Shown: positions 47,004 to 61,029 of the stretch, in pieces | Layout: each line of letters starts with the position of its first letter | How positions within the stretch are numbered: position 1 is the first letter of the stretch | Assembly: GCF_001447785.1 (NCBI RefSeq) | Contig: NW_015165348.1 | Span: 1-64,000 of the forward strand | Origin: Gekko japonicus | Lineage: Eukaryota | Reading direction: 5' to 3' | DNA: 64,000 nucleotides | Position numbers and translations under genes: made by a program | The notes under the pieces: model-generated | What the model was told of the DNA's origin: nothing | Database searches by the model: none | The model's input: the letters and a program-made list of their open reading frames with translations, nothing else

Positions 47004-47925
47004 ATTTATTTTTTATTTATTATCAAATTTATACCCCGCCCTCCCCGCAAAGCAGGCTCAGGGCGGCTTCCAAATGCCATAAATACAGGCTTAAAACATA
47101 CAATAATTAAAACACAACAGTTAAAAACGATACAAAGCAAAGTGCTGGCAGCAGTTAAAGATTCACTTAGACGGAATGCTTTCAAATGGATTTCCAACTA
47201 TCTGAAAGTGCTTAGATGTTCTTCTGCTCGTCGACTTTTATGGCAGCTGCTCAATGGTAAAGTTACGGGCCGGGTGCTACAGCAGTGGTGGCCCCTAATT
47301 AAATGCCTGGTGGAAGAGCTCCATCCTGCAGGCCCTGTGGAACTGTGAGAGGTCCCGCAGGGCCCTAATCTCCTCTGGGAGCTAATTCCACCAGGTAGGG
47401 GCCACCACCAAAAAGTTCCCGGCCCTGGTAGCAGTTAACCTGGCCTCCCTCGGGCCAGGGAGGGTCAGCCGGTTTTGAGACCCAGACCATAGTGCTCTCT
47501 GGGGTATATATGGGGAAAGGCGGTCCCGTAGGTATATTGGACCCCGGCCATATAGGGCTTTAAAGGTAAGAACCAGCACCTTGAAGCAGATTCGGTATGC
47601 TATTGGCAGCCAGTGCAGTGTCCTCAGCACAGGCCGGATGTGCTCCCATCTAGGGAGACCCATCAGCAGCCTGGCCGTGGCATTCTGCACTAGCTGTAGC
47701 TTCTAAATCCACGACAAAGGCAGCCCCATGTAGAGAGCGTTACAGTAGTCTAGTCTCGAGGTGACCATCGCATGGATCACTGTAGCCAGGTCAGGATGGT
47801 CAAGGAAGGGAACTAACTGCTTAATCAACCTAAGATGATAAAAGGCCGACTTAGCAGTGGCCGCTACCTGGACCTCCATGGTAAGGGAGGGATCCAGGAG
47901 CACTCCCAAACTCCGAACCTCCGAC
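47004..47925 (-). mobile_element. L2-type LINE 3' fragment (RT C-terminus)
   Basis: GVLLDPSLTM..SRLDYCNALYMGLP..QNATARLL..LHWLP..FKVLVLTFKAL, with (TAAA)-like tail. Confidence 0.88.
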
Positions 47926-49206
47926 GCTGGGCATGCCCCATTTTGTCAGAAGTCTGTATGGCGCAATATGAGTGTTCTGCTACCAGTAATCAGCTGAACT
48001 TCCCAGTTTTTTCTGTTGTGTTAATTTGAGGGTAGAAGAGGTGTAGGCTTTTTCTTTGCCTTGTGAGCAGAAATTGTTGTTAGAAACAGCAAACATTCCT
48101 AGGAGTTCTCATGAGCTTTGTCATTTTTAAGATAATTAGTAATCCTTTTACAAAAATACATTCGAAGCTATGGGAAAGCAGGCATACAAATTAGCTGTTC
48201 CATTCTTTTCACTTTCTTAAATGAACTGCTTTTGCAAGAACAGCTGACAAGATAGGAAGGCAAATGTATATATATATACACACATATATACATATAGAAC
48301 TGGTTTTGATTATTGGGGAGCAATCTTTCATTAAATATTGCCCAAATTAAAAGGTTTCAAATATATCTGATACGTGACGTCACTAAGAATGCCATTATAT
48401 GCTAGCAAGTGAATCATGGGCTTATTAAATGCTTAACTGTTGTCATTCGTACTAGACAAAAGGCATGGTTTTTGAAACTGGCAACATGCCCATCAAAATA
48501 TCATGTGGAAATACAACGCTGTCTGGGAGGCAGACAGGTTAACCAATATCACCTGAGCAGTGGTCTGTTATCTGATACATGCTGCAATCCTCAGCACGCG
48601 TACCTGGGAGTAAACCCTATTGATCATCGCGGGATTTGCTTCTAAGCAGACATGCATAGGATTGGGTGCTGATGAAGCACTGTTGAAACTGTTTCAGCCA
48701 GAGATAAAGCAGTATGAAACTGAACATGTTCTATCGCTGGCATCTCACACTGCTGACAATGAGTCATTTGTACATTTTTGTCACAAAATGCGCTAGAGGA
48801 GCTGTGATTGCTCTGGCACACTGTTGGATGTGGTAGCTTTTTCATTCCGTTTCTAATTTGTAGGCAAAGTCACTGGACATAAGCAAAATCACTGGACAGG
48901 TAGTGTAGCGTGAGGGCTGGCTTTATGAAGCATTTTTTGCTGATGTTCTAAAACGCCTAGCTTGTAAGGGTTTTGGAAGTTACTCTCTCATCATCAGTTC
49001 TCTTAGCATCAGCTAAAACTGCTAACCTTCCTATTGGTTCATTTTGGTTTCTTAGGGTCTGGGATATAGCAGTAATGGTGAAATTGGCATTTCAGATTTT
49101 GTCTCATGGGATTAGCTAAACACCAGATATTCTTTGCTGAATGGCATCTTTCTTGCAAAGGAAACTGCCTCTCAGCAGGGAGCAGTTGAATGTACTTCCT
49201 TCTGAG

Positions 49207-49328
49207 TTAGAATCATAGAAGTGGAAGGGGTCATACAGGCCATCTAGTCTCATCCCCTGCTCAATGCAGGATCATCCTAAAGGATCCCTGACCAGTGTTC
49301 ATCCAAACACTGCTTGAAGACTGCCCTT
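49207..49328 (-). mobile_element. CR1 3' end fragment
   Basis: TAGAATCATAGAA..GGAAGGG..GGCCATCTAGTC. Relative at 61606-61675. Confidence 0.65.
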
Positions 49329-51107
49329 GTGACTATGACAGTGACATAGTTGTGTGACTATGATTTTATCTCCAATTTTCATCTCATTTGTCAAAAGTAT
49401 AATGCCATTTTTCCCCCCCAAGGTGGGTTTTATTGCCAGTTTTTCTTGCACTGTTATCCATTTGGTATTTTACCCCTTGGCATATTAAACAATATTTAAT
49501 TTAGAACAAATTCTAGGAGTTATGCTGAGGAGTTAAGCCCCTTTCCACATAGGTAACAACGGTCCATATGAAATTGCTTCACAATAAGACTCTCCCAGAT
49601 CAAGAACAACTTTGTGCCTGAGACTACCTGAACTTAATAACCTTAACTTCAGAGTCTGGTGGATTCTTGAGCTGTTAGCTGAGACATTCATGTGCTTCCT
49701 TTCTCTCAGAATATGGGCATTGCTTCAGAAAAAAGAGAAGCCCCTTTGGTTGCTGTGGAAAGGAAATGGCAGAATCCTTCCATCTCCCCTGATAGTCATA
49801 GATTAGCTATGGTCTTGTCTGTGGTGCTCTTCCTGGACTAGCAGGGACACTTGGTTTTGTTAGATGCATAGGAGTGCAAGGCTCCTGTATTTCTGATAGT
49901 TGCATAGACAAGGGAATTTTGGAAGGTGCAGCGCATCATGTTATTACGGCGAGAAAAGCTGCACTGAACCCGATGCATCTTGTCATCCTGTGGTCATCTG
50001 TTTCTAAATTGTAGGGTGATGTCAGTACAAACACAGCAGAGAGAGAGAGAGAAAGGTGTTTTTGTGACGACAACCCGTTCCTGACGTATGCATTACTCAG
50101 ATGCACCACTTCTGACCCGTGCGGTGATTTTAATCAGAGCCTTGTAAAAATGCTGCCTGCATTGCTCAGATGGCTGCCTCTTCGATGCTTGTGATAACGG
50201 GCAGGGAGCGTGCATAGCCAAGTGCAGCACTGCATAGGATGCATATGATTTGGGGCTTTGCGGTGGGTGGGTGTTTCAAATTCCCACTGCCCTTTTTTCC
50301 AGTGCCTGGCCTCCGTTTTTCATGCCTGTTCTCCATCCATGCATTTAAGGATGGGCTGTAATCCCAGAGTGTCTGAGTAACTGAGTGAGTCTCTCTCTCT
50401 TTCTCTCTCTCTCTCTCTGCATATATAATTTCTCTCCAGTCTCCCACTTGGCTCTCAGGAGCCACTTGTCTGCAAATGGGGGGGGGGGGGGGGGGTTACC
50501 CACAGCTTAGCAAGTCAAAGTCCAAGGCTGGAAATCTTGTGCACTTACAGAATTCTGTGTGCTTAATATGGACAGGTGCCGTTAACTTAGCCATCACTGC
50601 GATTGACAGTATCTTCTTAAATTTGTGTTTCTGAATTCTCAGTCTCCAGTATGTAAAAGTCAATTAGCTGCTCCTTTTCCGTTCTGGAGAGATGGGCCTA
50701 TAAGGAGTTGTTCCCAACAGGATGAGTCAGGCTCTGCACATGAAGTGGAATTTTCCTACTTTCCTCCTCCTGCTGCACACACTGCTGCACCCTCCACGGG
50801 TGTATTTGTATAGGGCTACATGCAATGTGGGGGGTATGCAATGGCAGAGGGAAGCAGTGGAAACTCCCCTCTTGCTGGTGGAAAACAAGCACTGAATAAA
50901 TCCCAGTGCTGTTAAAATCTGTCATATTAGTCCTTCTGAAAGACCTTGGTACAGACTAAAATGCAATATGCCGAGCTACCATCTCTTCCATCATGGCCTG
51001 TACCCAAAGTTGTCCCCCAGTCAGAATGGCTTTTGGCCCAACCAGAGCATGCTTATTTGGAGGTTAAGTGCGACTGAGTTCTATGGGACTCATTCCACAT
51101 TCGATAT

Positions 51108-51132
51108 TGTTGTTGTTGTTGTTGTTGTTGTT
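51108..51132. repeat. (GTT)n microsatellite
   Basis: Read directly. Other simple repeats: (TAAA)n ~2379-2401, (TC)n ~50390-50418, poly-G ~50477-50495. Confidence 0.9.
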
Positions 51133-52081
51133 ATTTAAAATTGCTAATTGCCCTGTCCCAGTTTATGTTGGGCTCCGGGCAATGTACAAGGGGGCGTAAT
51201 GCCCTTAAAATATACAAAACAGTAAAATTCAATCTACAATTTGATAAAAGCTAAGAGAACCAGAATAAAAAGATCCGGTATGGCATCCTGTAAATTTTCT
51301 GTCCCAATTCTGGACTCCCTGGCCATTTTCTGGGGAGAGGGAACTCAAAGCACAAAAATGTGTATGGGGGGTGGGGTGGAAGGGTGCCAGCCAAGTAAAG
51401 ATTGCAGCTTTGTTTTCAGGGCTGCATGTACTTCTGTACCCATGCAATCCAGCTTCTATGCTAAGAAGTATGGAGTTCTGCAACCCACGTACATCTTGAA
51501 AAACAGTCTGTTTGCATAGTTTTGTTTTATTGGGTGTTTATATATCTGGTACTGTTGGTCAGGGGGAGCTATGCCGGACATGGCCTTGCCCCAGCTGCTG
51601 GAAATCTTACTCAGTTGCTGAACTGGCACTCAGATTTAGAGCACTTCTTCAGAGCCATAAGAAATGTAGTTTGGAGAAAGAAAATCTGATTCTCAGGGCT
51701 CTGGATTCTGTGCTTTTGCAGAACTGCAACACTCAGGCTTACTGATTGTATTGCTACCTTTGGCTTTGTTTAGGAACACAGTGTCAGTGGTTAAGGGGAC
51801 ATGTTTTGAGTTCCTTGCATGTCCTTCCTTTAACCACTAAAAGTACTTTACCGTGCAAGGAGACATGGATTAGCTGATCACTGTTAGTGGAGATCTGAAA
51901 GTGTGTGATTTTCAGCTGCAGCGGAGGGTATAAAATATAATTTATGTAGCACTTCTGTTTACAAAATTTGTATGCCACCTTTTCTCCCCAATCAGGGCCA
52001 TCAAGGTGGCTAACAGTTAAAATAGTATCACAGTACCATAAAAACAGTTGAAACACAACTAAAATATACATAGAAAGCAGA

Positions 52082-52840
52082 TAATTTATTTATTTTTGTT
52101 TATTTATTTATTTCTATTTCTATCCCGCCTTGCCTGACGAGCAGGCTCAAGGCGGTTAAAACAGTTAATTAAAACTTGGGGCAAGGAGGAGAGATCCAGG
52201 GAATGCCAGATGAAAACAAAAACGCTTTCACTTACTGGTGGAAGACCGTGACAGAATGGGGCAGATGAATATCCCTGGAGGAAGAGTGCCATAATTTTGG
52301 TGCTACAAGTGAGAAGGTCCTTTCTTGGGTTGCTGCCCGGCTAATCTCAGAAGATCGGCACACCCCAAGGAGGGGACTTGGAAGGTGACCTTCAGATATG
52401 CCTCAGCCACATAGTGCATTAAAAGTCAACACCAGCACCTTGAGTTGGACTCTGAAACTGATCCAGGATCAGTGGGACAAGACTGGAGCGATGTGGCCCC
52501 TATGACCCACTCCGGCCAATATCCTAGCTGCAGTGTTCTGTACCAGTTGAAGTTTCTGAGCGCTTTTCAAGGGCAGCCCACATACAGCACACTGCAGTAA
52601 TCTAATCTAGATATTACCAGGGCATGCTCCACAGCGGCCAGATGTTTTCTGTCCAGGAAACCGCAGCTGGCTTGAGAAAAGGCACTCCTAGCCATAGTTG
52701 CCAGCAGCAGCAGACCTGGGTCCTGATGGGCTCCCCAGCTATGCACCTGTTCTTTCAAGGAAAGTGCAACCCTATCCAGAACAGGTGAAATCTTAAATTC
52801 TGGGGGAGGCCTTCTGTTCACCAGTAGCACTTCCATCTGT
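52082..52840 (-). mobile_element. Older L2-type LINE fragment
   Basis: HALVISRLDYCSVLYVG motif. (TTTA)n tail on +. Confidence 0.75.
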
Positions 52841-53724
52841 TAAAGATTACGTAGACAATAGAAGACAACAACAGGCACTCTTATCCATGTGCTTGTTAAC
52901 CTTCTCCCAAAAAAACCCAACAACACCCAAACCCTCCAAAAGGCTGGTGAGGCAGCATTTCTCTTTGCAGAAGCCATGCTGATTTCCCCCTCCTGTGGAG
53001 AGAGGGAGGCATTCTAAATCAACAGCCTTTCACATTGTATAGCACAGAGCATGGATTCTTCTGAGCCTTATTACAGGTTCCCACTACTAGTGATTAGTAA
53101 TGGCAATGTTCAACTACTACTGTTCTTTCCCAGTATTCAGCAATTGCAGGGACTTGCTGGGGATATTCTATGTTGCACTTAACTTAGAGTGAGAGGGAGG
53201 CTTGTAGGCCAGAGGCTAGGTCTTTGCTTCAACACAGAGCATACCCCAGACTCCCCCCCCCCCAATGTGCTGGAGTTGTGTGGTACTAATCAGGGTGGTA
53301 AGAGTCCCCTGAGCATAGAAAATAGGAAAAACTCTTTGTTGCTCTGAAAAGGGAGCATGAATGGGTGGGAAATGTGCCTTTTTCATGGACTTTCTTAAGA
53401 CAGCTACTATGGTGACTAGAGTGTTTTACTAGAACTGGGAACATGTAGGCTCAAATCCCCAGTCTGCCATGAAGCTTTCTTGGTGGCCTTGGGCTAGTCA
53501 CTCTTTCTTTCAGCCGAACTACCCTGACATGATTATTGTGTGGGTAAACTGGAGGAAGGGAGAAACCATGTATGCCGCTCTGAGCTCTTCTGGGTAAGAG
53601 CAGGATAAAAACGTAACAGAGAGCAGGCTCTCTTATCTGTTTAAAATATTTGTATGCCCACATTTCTGACAAAAGCAAGCAAGAAATTCCTGTTAAGACC
53701 TTTACAAAACATAAACTAAAATAA

Positions 53725-54151
53725 TAACCATGCATGAACATAATGTGTGCGTATTAAAACATTTCCTAGTCCTAGAAATAACAAAGCTGACCATTTGAGA
53801 AGGTTCACTAATTGTAATTCTCAGGATGTAATATGCCCCTGCATTTCCTTAGATAGAGGTCAGACCTCTAGATCATTAAGAATGAGAATTATTGAGCACA
53901 TGTGTCAAATCTGCAGAGGTATTCATGGGACTCCTTTAACAGAACATTTCCAAAACAAATCTTAATTCTGTTTTGGATATAAATTTCTTTGATCTTGAGG
54001 AAGTTTCATTTAACCTCCTGAAATATTTATAAATAAATATACACAAACAACACAGACACTTCTATGATGGGAGGTGTTTTGGATTTATACTCTTGATATA
54101 GTGTGTCCAAGAGGTCTTAATGACAAATCGGAATGGTCAGTGTTTTTATAA
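53725..54151 (+). mobile_element. Penelope-like retroelement GIY-YIG endonuclease relic
   Basis: FTNCNSQDVICPC..GQTSRSLRMRIIEH..PLTEHF, then EVFWIYTLDIVCPRGLNDKSEWSVFL*, the typical PLE C-terminus (E..WI..L....P.GLN). Confidence 0.85.
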
Positions 54152-56640
54152 ATAATTAGCTACTATTTTTTCTTAGTAGGGTTTCTTTAAGATCATGATT
54201 TAAAATACTGTTGCCTGCAACAGCTGTAAGTCATTAGCACCAACACTTTATCTAGTCATGGGATTGTTTTCACTCATCACCATTTTATGCATTGCTATCT
54301 ACAGCAGCGAATGTCTTTGTTCAGTCAAGGTAATTTTTTTTCCCCATTTCAAAAAGGTATTATTGAAGTTAAAGTCATAATGCAATCACCAAAGATGTAA
54401 CAAAGCATCAGAAATCCCTAAGGCAAAGGATCCATATCCACTGTAGAATACAAAAGTCAGCAGGTATTGTCTGTTAACTTGAAGTTTTCTGACAAGCCAT
54501 TCTAGCAGGAGTAAGATATAATAAAATAAATGAATAAATCCACTAAAATGTGTTAAAGAGTTGGTTGGTTAATTGATTATTATTTATATTCTTCCTTATA
54601 TTAATTATATGCATAAATGTTTCATAAGATTGGATTTTGATACATGATTGTATCTAGTAGAATTTTAGTTTTTACTGTTGCACACAACATGTAATGTTAT
54701 CTTCTTCTCAGATTTGTGTGGCAAAATATGAACCACATATTTGATCTCCAGTTAATGTGAAGGTTTAAAATGAACTGAAGAAGATCACTTTTCAAAACCA
54801 GTAGTTCCCAGGAACTTGTCCTTTGCATCTTATGTAACCTTCAAAGGTTTATTTAAGAGGTGTTTTGGATATTGTCACATACTACTTACAGCATTGTTAC
54901 TTTGGATTTCTGCGTTCATCACATGAAAAATATATATACACATTATGTTTATGTGTGGTTATTGTTTTAGTTTACATTTTGTAGTTTACATCTTAGCTGT
55001 GTAGTTTCTGTCTTGCTTCCTTTTTTACTGGGACCTCTCTTTCTCCTCTTCTGTTTTTGCATTTCTCACAGACCAGTTGGGAGCCAAGGCAAGCAACAGC
55101 AAGAATTAAACAATTTTATTTCATTGACTAAATAAACTCACCTCCTGGGTCTCAGATCAAAATCTCTTGGGAGCCGAACAGATTGGCTGCCCTGTTGGAC
55201 AATTAGAACAAAATCCACAGAATTGTCAAGAAAAAACCCCAATTAAAGTTCACCAAGGAGCATGTGAGGTTTCAAGTTGTAGGGAACTGTTACTCAGACA
55301 GATGCTTGGGTGGGGGGGAGGTCAAAGTATCGCTGAAGGGTGGGGTGACAAAATCTCTCTTCCCTGACTTGTTTCACTCTCTTAAGATGGAAATAGGGGA
55401 GGTTCCTGCAGGCTGAATAAGATAAACAGCCAAGCAGCTGTATTAAAACAACTGGCTTTTTCAGTGCCATGCCAGTATATAGTCTGAAAATTCTCTGTGT
55501 TATAAAACCTAACAGATTTGTCCTATCTGCATGAAATTTGGTAGGGTGAATGCAAGGATCACACTGTCCGCAGCTTGTTTTCCTGGCTGGTTAAATCTCA
55601 GTCATCAGTTTCTTTTGTTGCCATCCCATTTTATGTTGAAAATTCAGTGACGTTCTAAAGATGGGGGTCTGTCCTTCACCTCTGGTTTGGCGAAAAACCT
55701 CTTGCGTTTTTCGAAAATGGTGAGGTTTTAGAATTTCGTTTAAAGCGCGTAGTCATCTGTTTGCAAATTGTGCAACGCTTGTTGAATAGGGCGTCTGGAG
55801 TTAGGAACAAGAAGGGGACGGTTGCTGGCAAATGCAGCCGGTGTCTGACTGGCAAATTTAGCCTTCAAGGCAGACCCTCACCCCGAAAGTAAAATGGCTG
55901 TTGCTGGACTGCGCAGCCTTTCAGAAACCAGTCAGTGAGGGGAAAGAGGCAGCGGTTGGATTGCTTTGTGGAAGGGAAGGGAAAGGTTGGGCGCTGTTGT
56001 GTGAATCCTTTTTCTGCCAGCGCTGGAGCTGGGGACCTTGGACATACAGGTTTGCGGACAAGAGGAGACTTGCTGTGAGCAAAGGGGGCTGCGAATATTG
56101 GAGACCGGTCTGAGGATGTGTTTGAGCCAGCAGAAGAGCTGTTTACAAGAAGGCGTTGAGCAAGGGCCACGGATAGGCAGACACTGCAACAGCTAATGAC
56201 TCTTGCAGCAGGCCTTGCGGCCACATCCTTCCAGCTGTGAGAGGCCCCAGTTCTGGAAGCAGTCAGGGCAGAATATCTTCAGCAGAGTTTGGGGAAAGGA
56301 GTCTCCTTACTGTCAAGTGAGTGCTGTGCCTTCTAAAGGCAGCCTCAGTTTAGGTTCACCACGGTTGCTGTTCCCGGGCCCAGGGGTGGTTACGTCCAGG
56401 CTTCGGTCTGTTCCTCATAAGGCAGATAATGCCTATCAGAGTGCCTGGATTCAGGAGGGACCAAAGACAGAGGAGATTCAGAGGAGGTTCATGCTCCATA
56501 TCTTCTGTTCCAGAGTCCTCACTGGGGCTGCCCAGTCCTTCTGGCCCCGCATGGACTCTTGGTTTCCCTGGCGTGAGTGCAAGACATAGATGCTGCCACT
56601 GCTGTATGCATTTGTGTGATGACAGGAGTATGGTGTGTAT

Positions 56641-57123
56641 GGGTGTGTGTGAGAAAAAGAGACAGTTCATATCAATCAAATCCTATCTTCCACCAGAAAC
56701 TACACCCGAGAATACATGGTCAAGATTTTACCAATAGTTTGCAGATTATACCAAGCAATCAACATAATCATCTAGAGTTTGTTAAGGGGCTTTTATTGTA
56801 TAAATATGATATACTTGCAAGCGGCATTGGTAAAGTTATAAGGTGAATCACACAAATTTATGATAAAGTAGGCATTATTATCGGGTGTGTGTGAGAAAAA
56901 GAGACAATTCACACCAATCAAATCCTGTCTTCCACCAGAAACTACACTCGAGAATACATGGTCAAGGTTTTACCAATAGTTTGCAGATTATACCAAGCAA
57001 TCAACATAATCATCTAGAGTTTGTTAAGGGGCTTTTATTGTATAAATATGATACACTTGCAAGCGGCATTGGTAAAGTTATAAGGTGAATCACACAAATT
57101 TATGATAAAGTAGGCATTATTAT
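56641..57123. repeat. 242-bp tandem duplication (2 copies)
   Basis: 56641-56881 versus 56883-57123, 7 substitutions by my count. Confidence 0.95.
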
Positions 57124-57347
57124 GTTATTCAAGAAACTGAAAGTGAATTTCCCCCCCTTTATGTTTGTTATGTTATGTTGAATTTTTTTTAAAAAACGTT
57201 GGAAAAAATCAGATCATATCTTCCAGCCCTTGTCTGGAAACTGGGAGTCATGTTTCCAGCCTCTCTCTGCCTGTGGCAGACTCCTGTGGCTTTGCACCCA
57301 CCTGTGGTTTTTGTGCTCTGACCGTCAGCCTTGTCCTCCTTCCCCAG

Positions 57348-57921
57348 GTGTGCCAGTAATCGAGCAGGCGAAACCGGAATGGACGTCACAAGCCGCTGCA
57401 CTCTCGGAGATCCCAACAAGCTGCCGGAAGGGGTCCCGCAGCCCGCTCGCATGCCTTACATCTCGGACAAGCACCCGCGGCAGACGCTGGAGGTCATCAA
57501 CCTGCTGCGGAAGCACCGGGAGCTGTGCGATGTGGTGTTGGTCGTGGGGGCCAAGAAGATCTACGCCCACCGGGTGATCCTGTCGGCCTGCAGCCCCTAC
57601 TTCCGAGCCATGTTCACAGGGGAGTTGGCGGAGAGTCGGCAGACCGAGGTGGTGATCAGAGACATTGACGAAAGGGCCATGGAGCTGCTGATTGATTTTG
57701 CATACACTTCTCAGATCACGGTTGAAGAGGGGAATGTCCAGACCTTACTGCCAGCCGCCTGCCTTCTCCAGCTAGCCGAGATCCAGGAAGCCTGTTGTGA
57801 ATTCCTGAAAAGACAGTTGGACCCGTCCAATTGCCTCGGCATCCGGGCATTTGCCGATACCCACTCCTGCCGGGAACTGCTGAGAATCGCTGACAAGTTC
57901 ACGCAGCATAACTTTCAAGAG
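57348..57921 (+). CDS. KLHL20: KLHL20 exon (BTB domain, start of BACK)
   Basis: ccccag| [72 protein letters not shown] |gtgagt. 574 nt. Confidence 0.99.
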
Positions 57922-58945
57922 GTGAGTGGCCCCAATCTGCACGTGCAGCAGAGTGAGGTGGTAGGATTGGACTGAACCATTGCAGATTTCAGGGGTTTTT
58001 TTTGGGGGGGGGGAATTGCTCTTTTGAATGTTCTTCTACGTGGTAGAGCTGTCTGCAAGTATAAAACCAGCACAGCAGGGCTAGAAATTTTCTCAGTGTT
58101 TTGTTTTGATTTTTTCCAGAAAGCTTTTAAAATGTGGCCAACCATTTAAAAACGACGTCTCCCGTCTGCACTCTGAAGTGGTGCAGTCCAGACTCCTTGC
58201 TCTGCCACCTTTTCTGTGCGCTCTGCCACCTCCCCTGTACCATATGATCCTACCTTTGTTCAGACTCATGAAGTTGTGTGCTTTCTGTGCATTACTAAAA
58301 GCTATTAACCGGCTGTGCCCCTGTGCCATAAAATCTTTATTCTACCTGTCTACCAGAGTTATACCACTTCAGTCTCTTGTATGGGTAAACCTTGCAACAA
58401 AGGTTTGTGTTTGTATTTTAGAGAGATCCTGGGGGTGGTTAATCTCTAATTTGCAGAGCAGCCCTTAAGAATTCCTCGAGTGTTAAAAGTTGTATGGGCT
58501 TGACTGGCGTACAGATTGCCTGTGGATTGCTTCCAGCAGTGTAGCTTGATACCTTCAGTTAGGCAGCTTAGCATGGAATCATTCTAACCATGCAGATAAT
58601 ACTTATCTGAAGTTGAAGACCCTCTCCTTGTGCCGGGATTAGCCTGCTGTGAGCAGGGCACACTGCTCCATGTAATGCAGGCCTACCAAACTTGGGTTTT
58701 ACCAAGCCATGTATGGTAGCCCGTCAGATGTTTGACAACCAGTATCAGACAAACAGACCAGAAAAGTAGGATATTTTATCAGGGTGATGAAGGGCCAGAA
58801 TATATGTCTGGTGGACCGCACTTGGCTTGGTGGGTCATAAATATGTGGCCAGTATAATGTTCCAACCCATGCAAAAATAAAACTCGTCTAAACTCTAGAG
58901 GAAAAAGTTTAGACTCAAAATTAATTTATTTTAAAAAAAAAACTT

Positions 58946-59216
58946 AGAAGAGGAGATTGGATTTATACCCCCATCCTTCACTAGGAGTCTCAGAGCGGCT
59001 TACAAACTCCTTTCCCCTCCCCTCCCCACAACAGACACCCCGTGAGGTAGGCGGGCCTGAGAGAGCTCTTTCAAGAACTGCTCTTGAGAGAACAGCTCTG
59101 ACAGAACTATGGCTTGCCCAAGGTCATCCAGCAGCTGCGAGTGGAGGAGTGGGGAATCAAACCTGGTTCTCCCAGATTAGAATCCGTGCGCTTAACCACT
59201 ACACCAAACTGGCTCT
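58946..59216 (-). mobile_element. Squam3-type SINE
   Basis: Reverse complement of the 16019 family, ending CTTAACCACTACACCAAACTGGCTC. Confidence 0.85.
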
Positions 59217-60626
59217 TTTTGTATTAAAATAATACAAAAATCCTTTTTGTATTAAAATATTCCAGTGACAAACCCAAGCACTATGGAGTCTGAATCTGAT
59301 CTTGAGTGCTTAACCATAGATCTTTGCAGGGATCTCCTTGCCCCTCCCTGTCTTGTATCCTCAAATGCACGACTTGTAGAGTGATCTGAGGAGGTGACTT
59401 CAGTGAGTGATTACGATAGCTTCTGCACTCACCCACCCTGCATAAAGTGAAAATTTACTTACAGATGAAGAAGTAACCTGGTTCTTATTCTAGTCTCTCT
59501 TTTTCTGTTGTTATTGCTAGAACTCAGTGATCAATTAGTACTAAAAAACATAACAGCGTTCTGTTCATGGTGTGGAGCAGATATTCTCAAGAAATTCGGT
59601 TGACTATCACGTATTGGTGCGCTGGATTACTTCAGCAGCACCGAAGGGTGTTTTGTTGTGGTCTTAGTTAACAATTATGAGGTTGAACTGTAGTTATATA
59701 ACTGTATCTAAGGGAATCGCCGGCCGCAGCAATTTTGGCTCTGCAGGCACACATTACAGTGTCTCGGCCACCTTTTCCCCCTTTCCCTTTTTTGACAAGT
59801 TGGGAAGACAGAGCTTGCCTGTCGAACAGTCGATTGCCCGCTTGGTTCTAGTTGATTTAGGTGGGATCCAGACCTGCATAACTTGTGACCCGCTAAGTCA
59901 AACTGAGGTCAAATTCTAGCTCACCACCTGCTGGCAGTTTGCTTGTTTTTGCAATCCCAGGCAAAACAGAAAAAGCGACCCGTTGATCAAGCGGTGGGTC
60001 ACACAGTGCCCAGGCCTTGTTGGGGTCTGTCCCGTGGCCTTCCGCAAAACAGCAAGCGACTAGAGAGAGCTCCTGCAGTTCGCCAACCTGCAGTGGGGGA
60101 ATTAGGCAGTGTCTGTTCGGCTGTACCAAGTGTAAGGAGGAGTTTTTCTGGGTCCTCTCAGGCGGTCTGAGAAATGTGCTTTCTATCTGGGGCCTAGGAA
60201 TTATTAACATGTTTGCAAATTGTCAAGGGCTTGTATTTCACAGCCGTCCGGTCCCTGGCGGGTTTTTTTAGAAGTCTCTCGTTTCCTCTGAAGTGAGTTT
60301 GCGCTCCTGCCCTGTGTGTGTATATTTAGAGAGAGTGCAAAAGAGACGGGAGGGGAGGGGTGGGGTGGGAAATCAGAGGAGCCCACCTCCTTGCCCTGAG
60401 ACACTCTGCCTTCTGCTGCAAACCAAGGCCAGGAAGGCTTTTCAGATTTATCCAACAGCGTTTAGGTAACTTTTGAGACTCGTTATGTTCTGGGTTTTAT
60501 TTGCATTGCTAGTAACACTGCTTTATTAGCGGGCGCTGGTCTCTGTTCAGATGTAACGTTCTCCCACCCACCACTTACGAATCTTCCTCGCACCTTGGGA
60601 GAAGGCAAGCGGAAGACTTCAGCGGT

Positions 60627-60704
60627 GCAATCCTAAACAGTCATAGACTTCTAAGTCCATTACAATTGGTGAGCTTAGAAGGGTGTAACTCTGTTTAGGA
60701 TTGC
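60627..60704. repeat. Short palindromic MITE-like repeat
   Basis: GCAATCCTAAACAG..CTGTTTAGGATTGC (14-bp perfect IR). Degraded relatives near 15660, 29290, 42545 and 48584. Confidence 0.7.
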
Positions 60705-60782
60705 CCTGTCAATCACTTGCGGCATTGCCTTCCTCACCCTCGACACCCTGTTAGGCTTAGTGGTCTTTATTTCTGCATTATA

Positions 60783-61029
60783 AAGGTAAAGGTTCCCTTG
60801 CTTGAAAGCCAGTCGAATCCGACTCTAGGGTTGCGGTGCTCATCCCTGTTTCAAAGCCGAAGAGCCAGTGCTGTCCAAAGACGTTTCCGTGGTCATGTGG
60901 CCGGCATGACTAGACACCAAGGCGCACGGAATGCTGTTACCTTCCCATCGAAGTGGTACCTATTTATCTACTTGCAATTTCTTGCTTTCAAACTGCTAGG
61001 TTGGCAGGAGCTGGATTATAGGTTATAGA
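60783..61029 (-). mobile_element. 5'-truncated Sauria SINE
   Basis: 12-bp TSD TTCTGCATTATA (60771-60782 / 61030-61041). Confidence 0.88.

Noticed and set aside
55860-56740. GC-richer stretch with several overlapping ORFs of 70-128 aa in a KLHL20 intron
   Set aside because: No recognisable protein motif, mostly non-ATG starts, and no frame-consistent exon pair that I could support.
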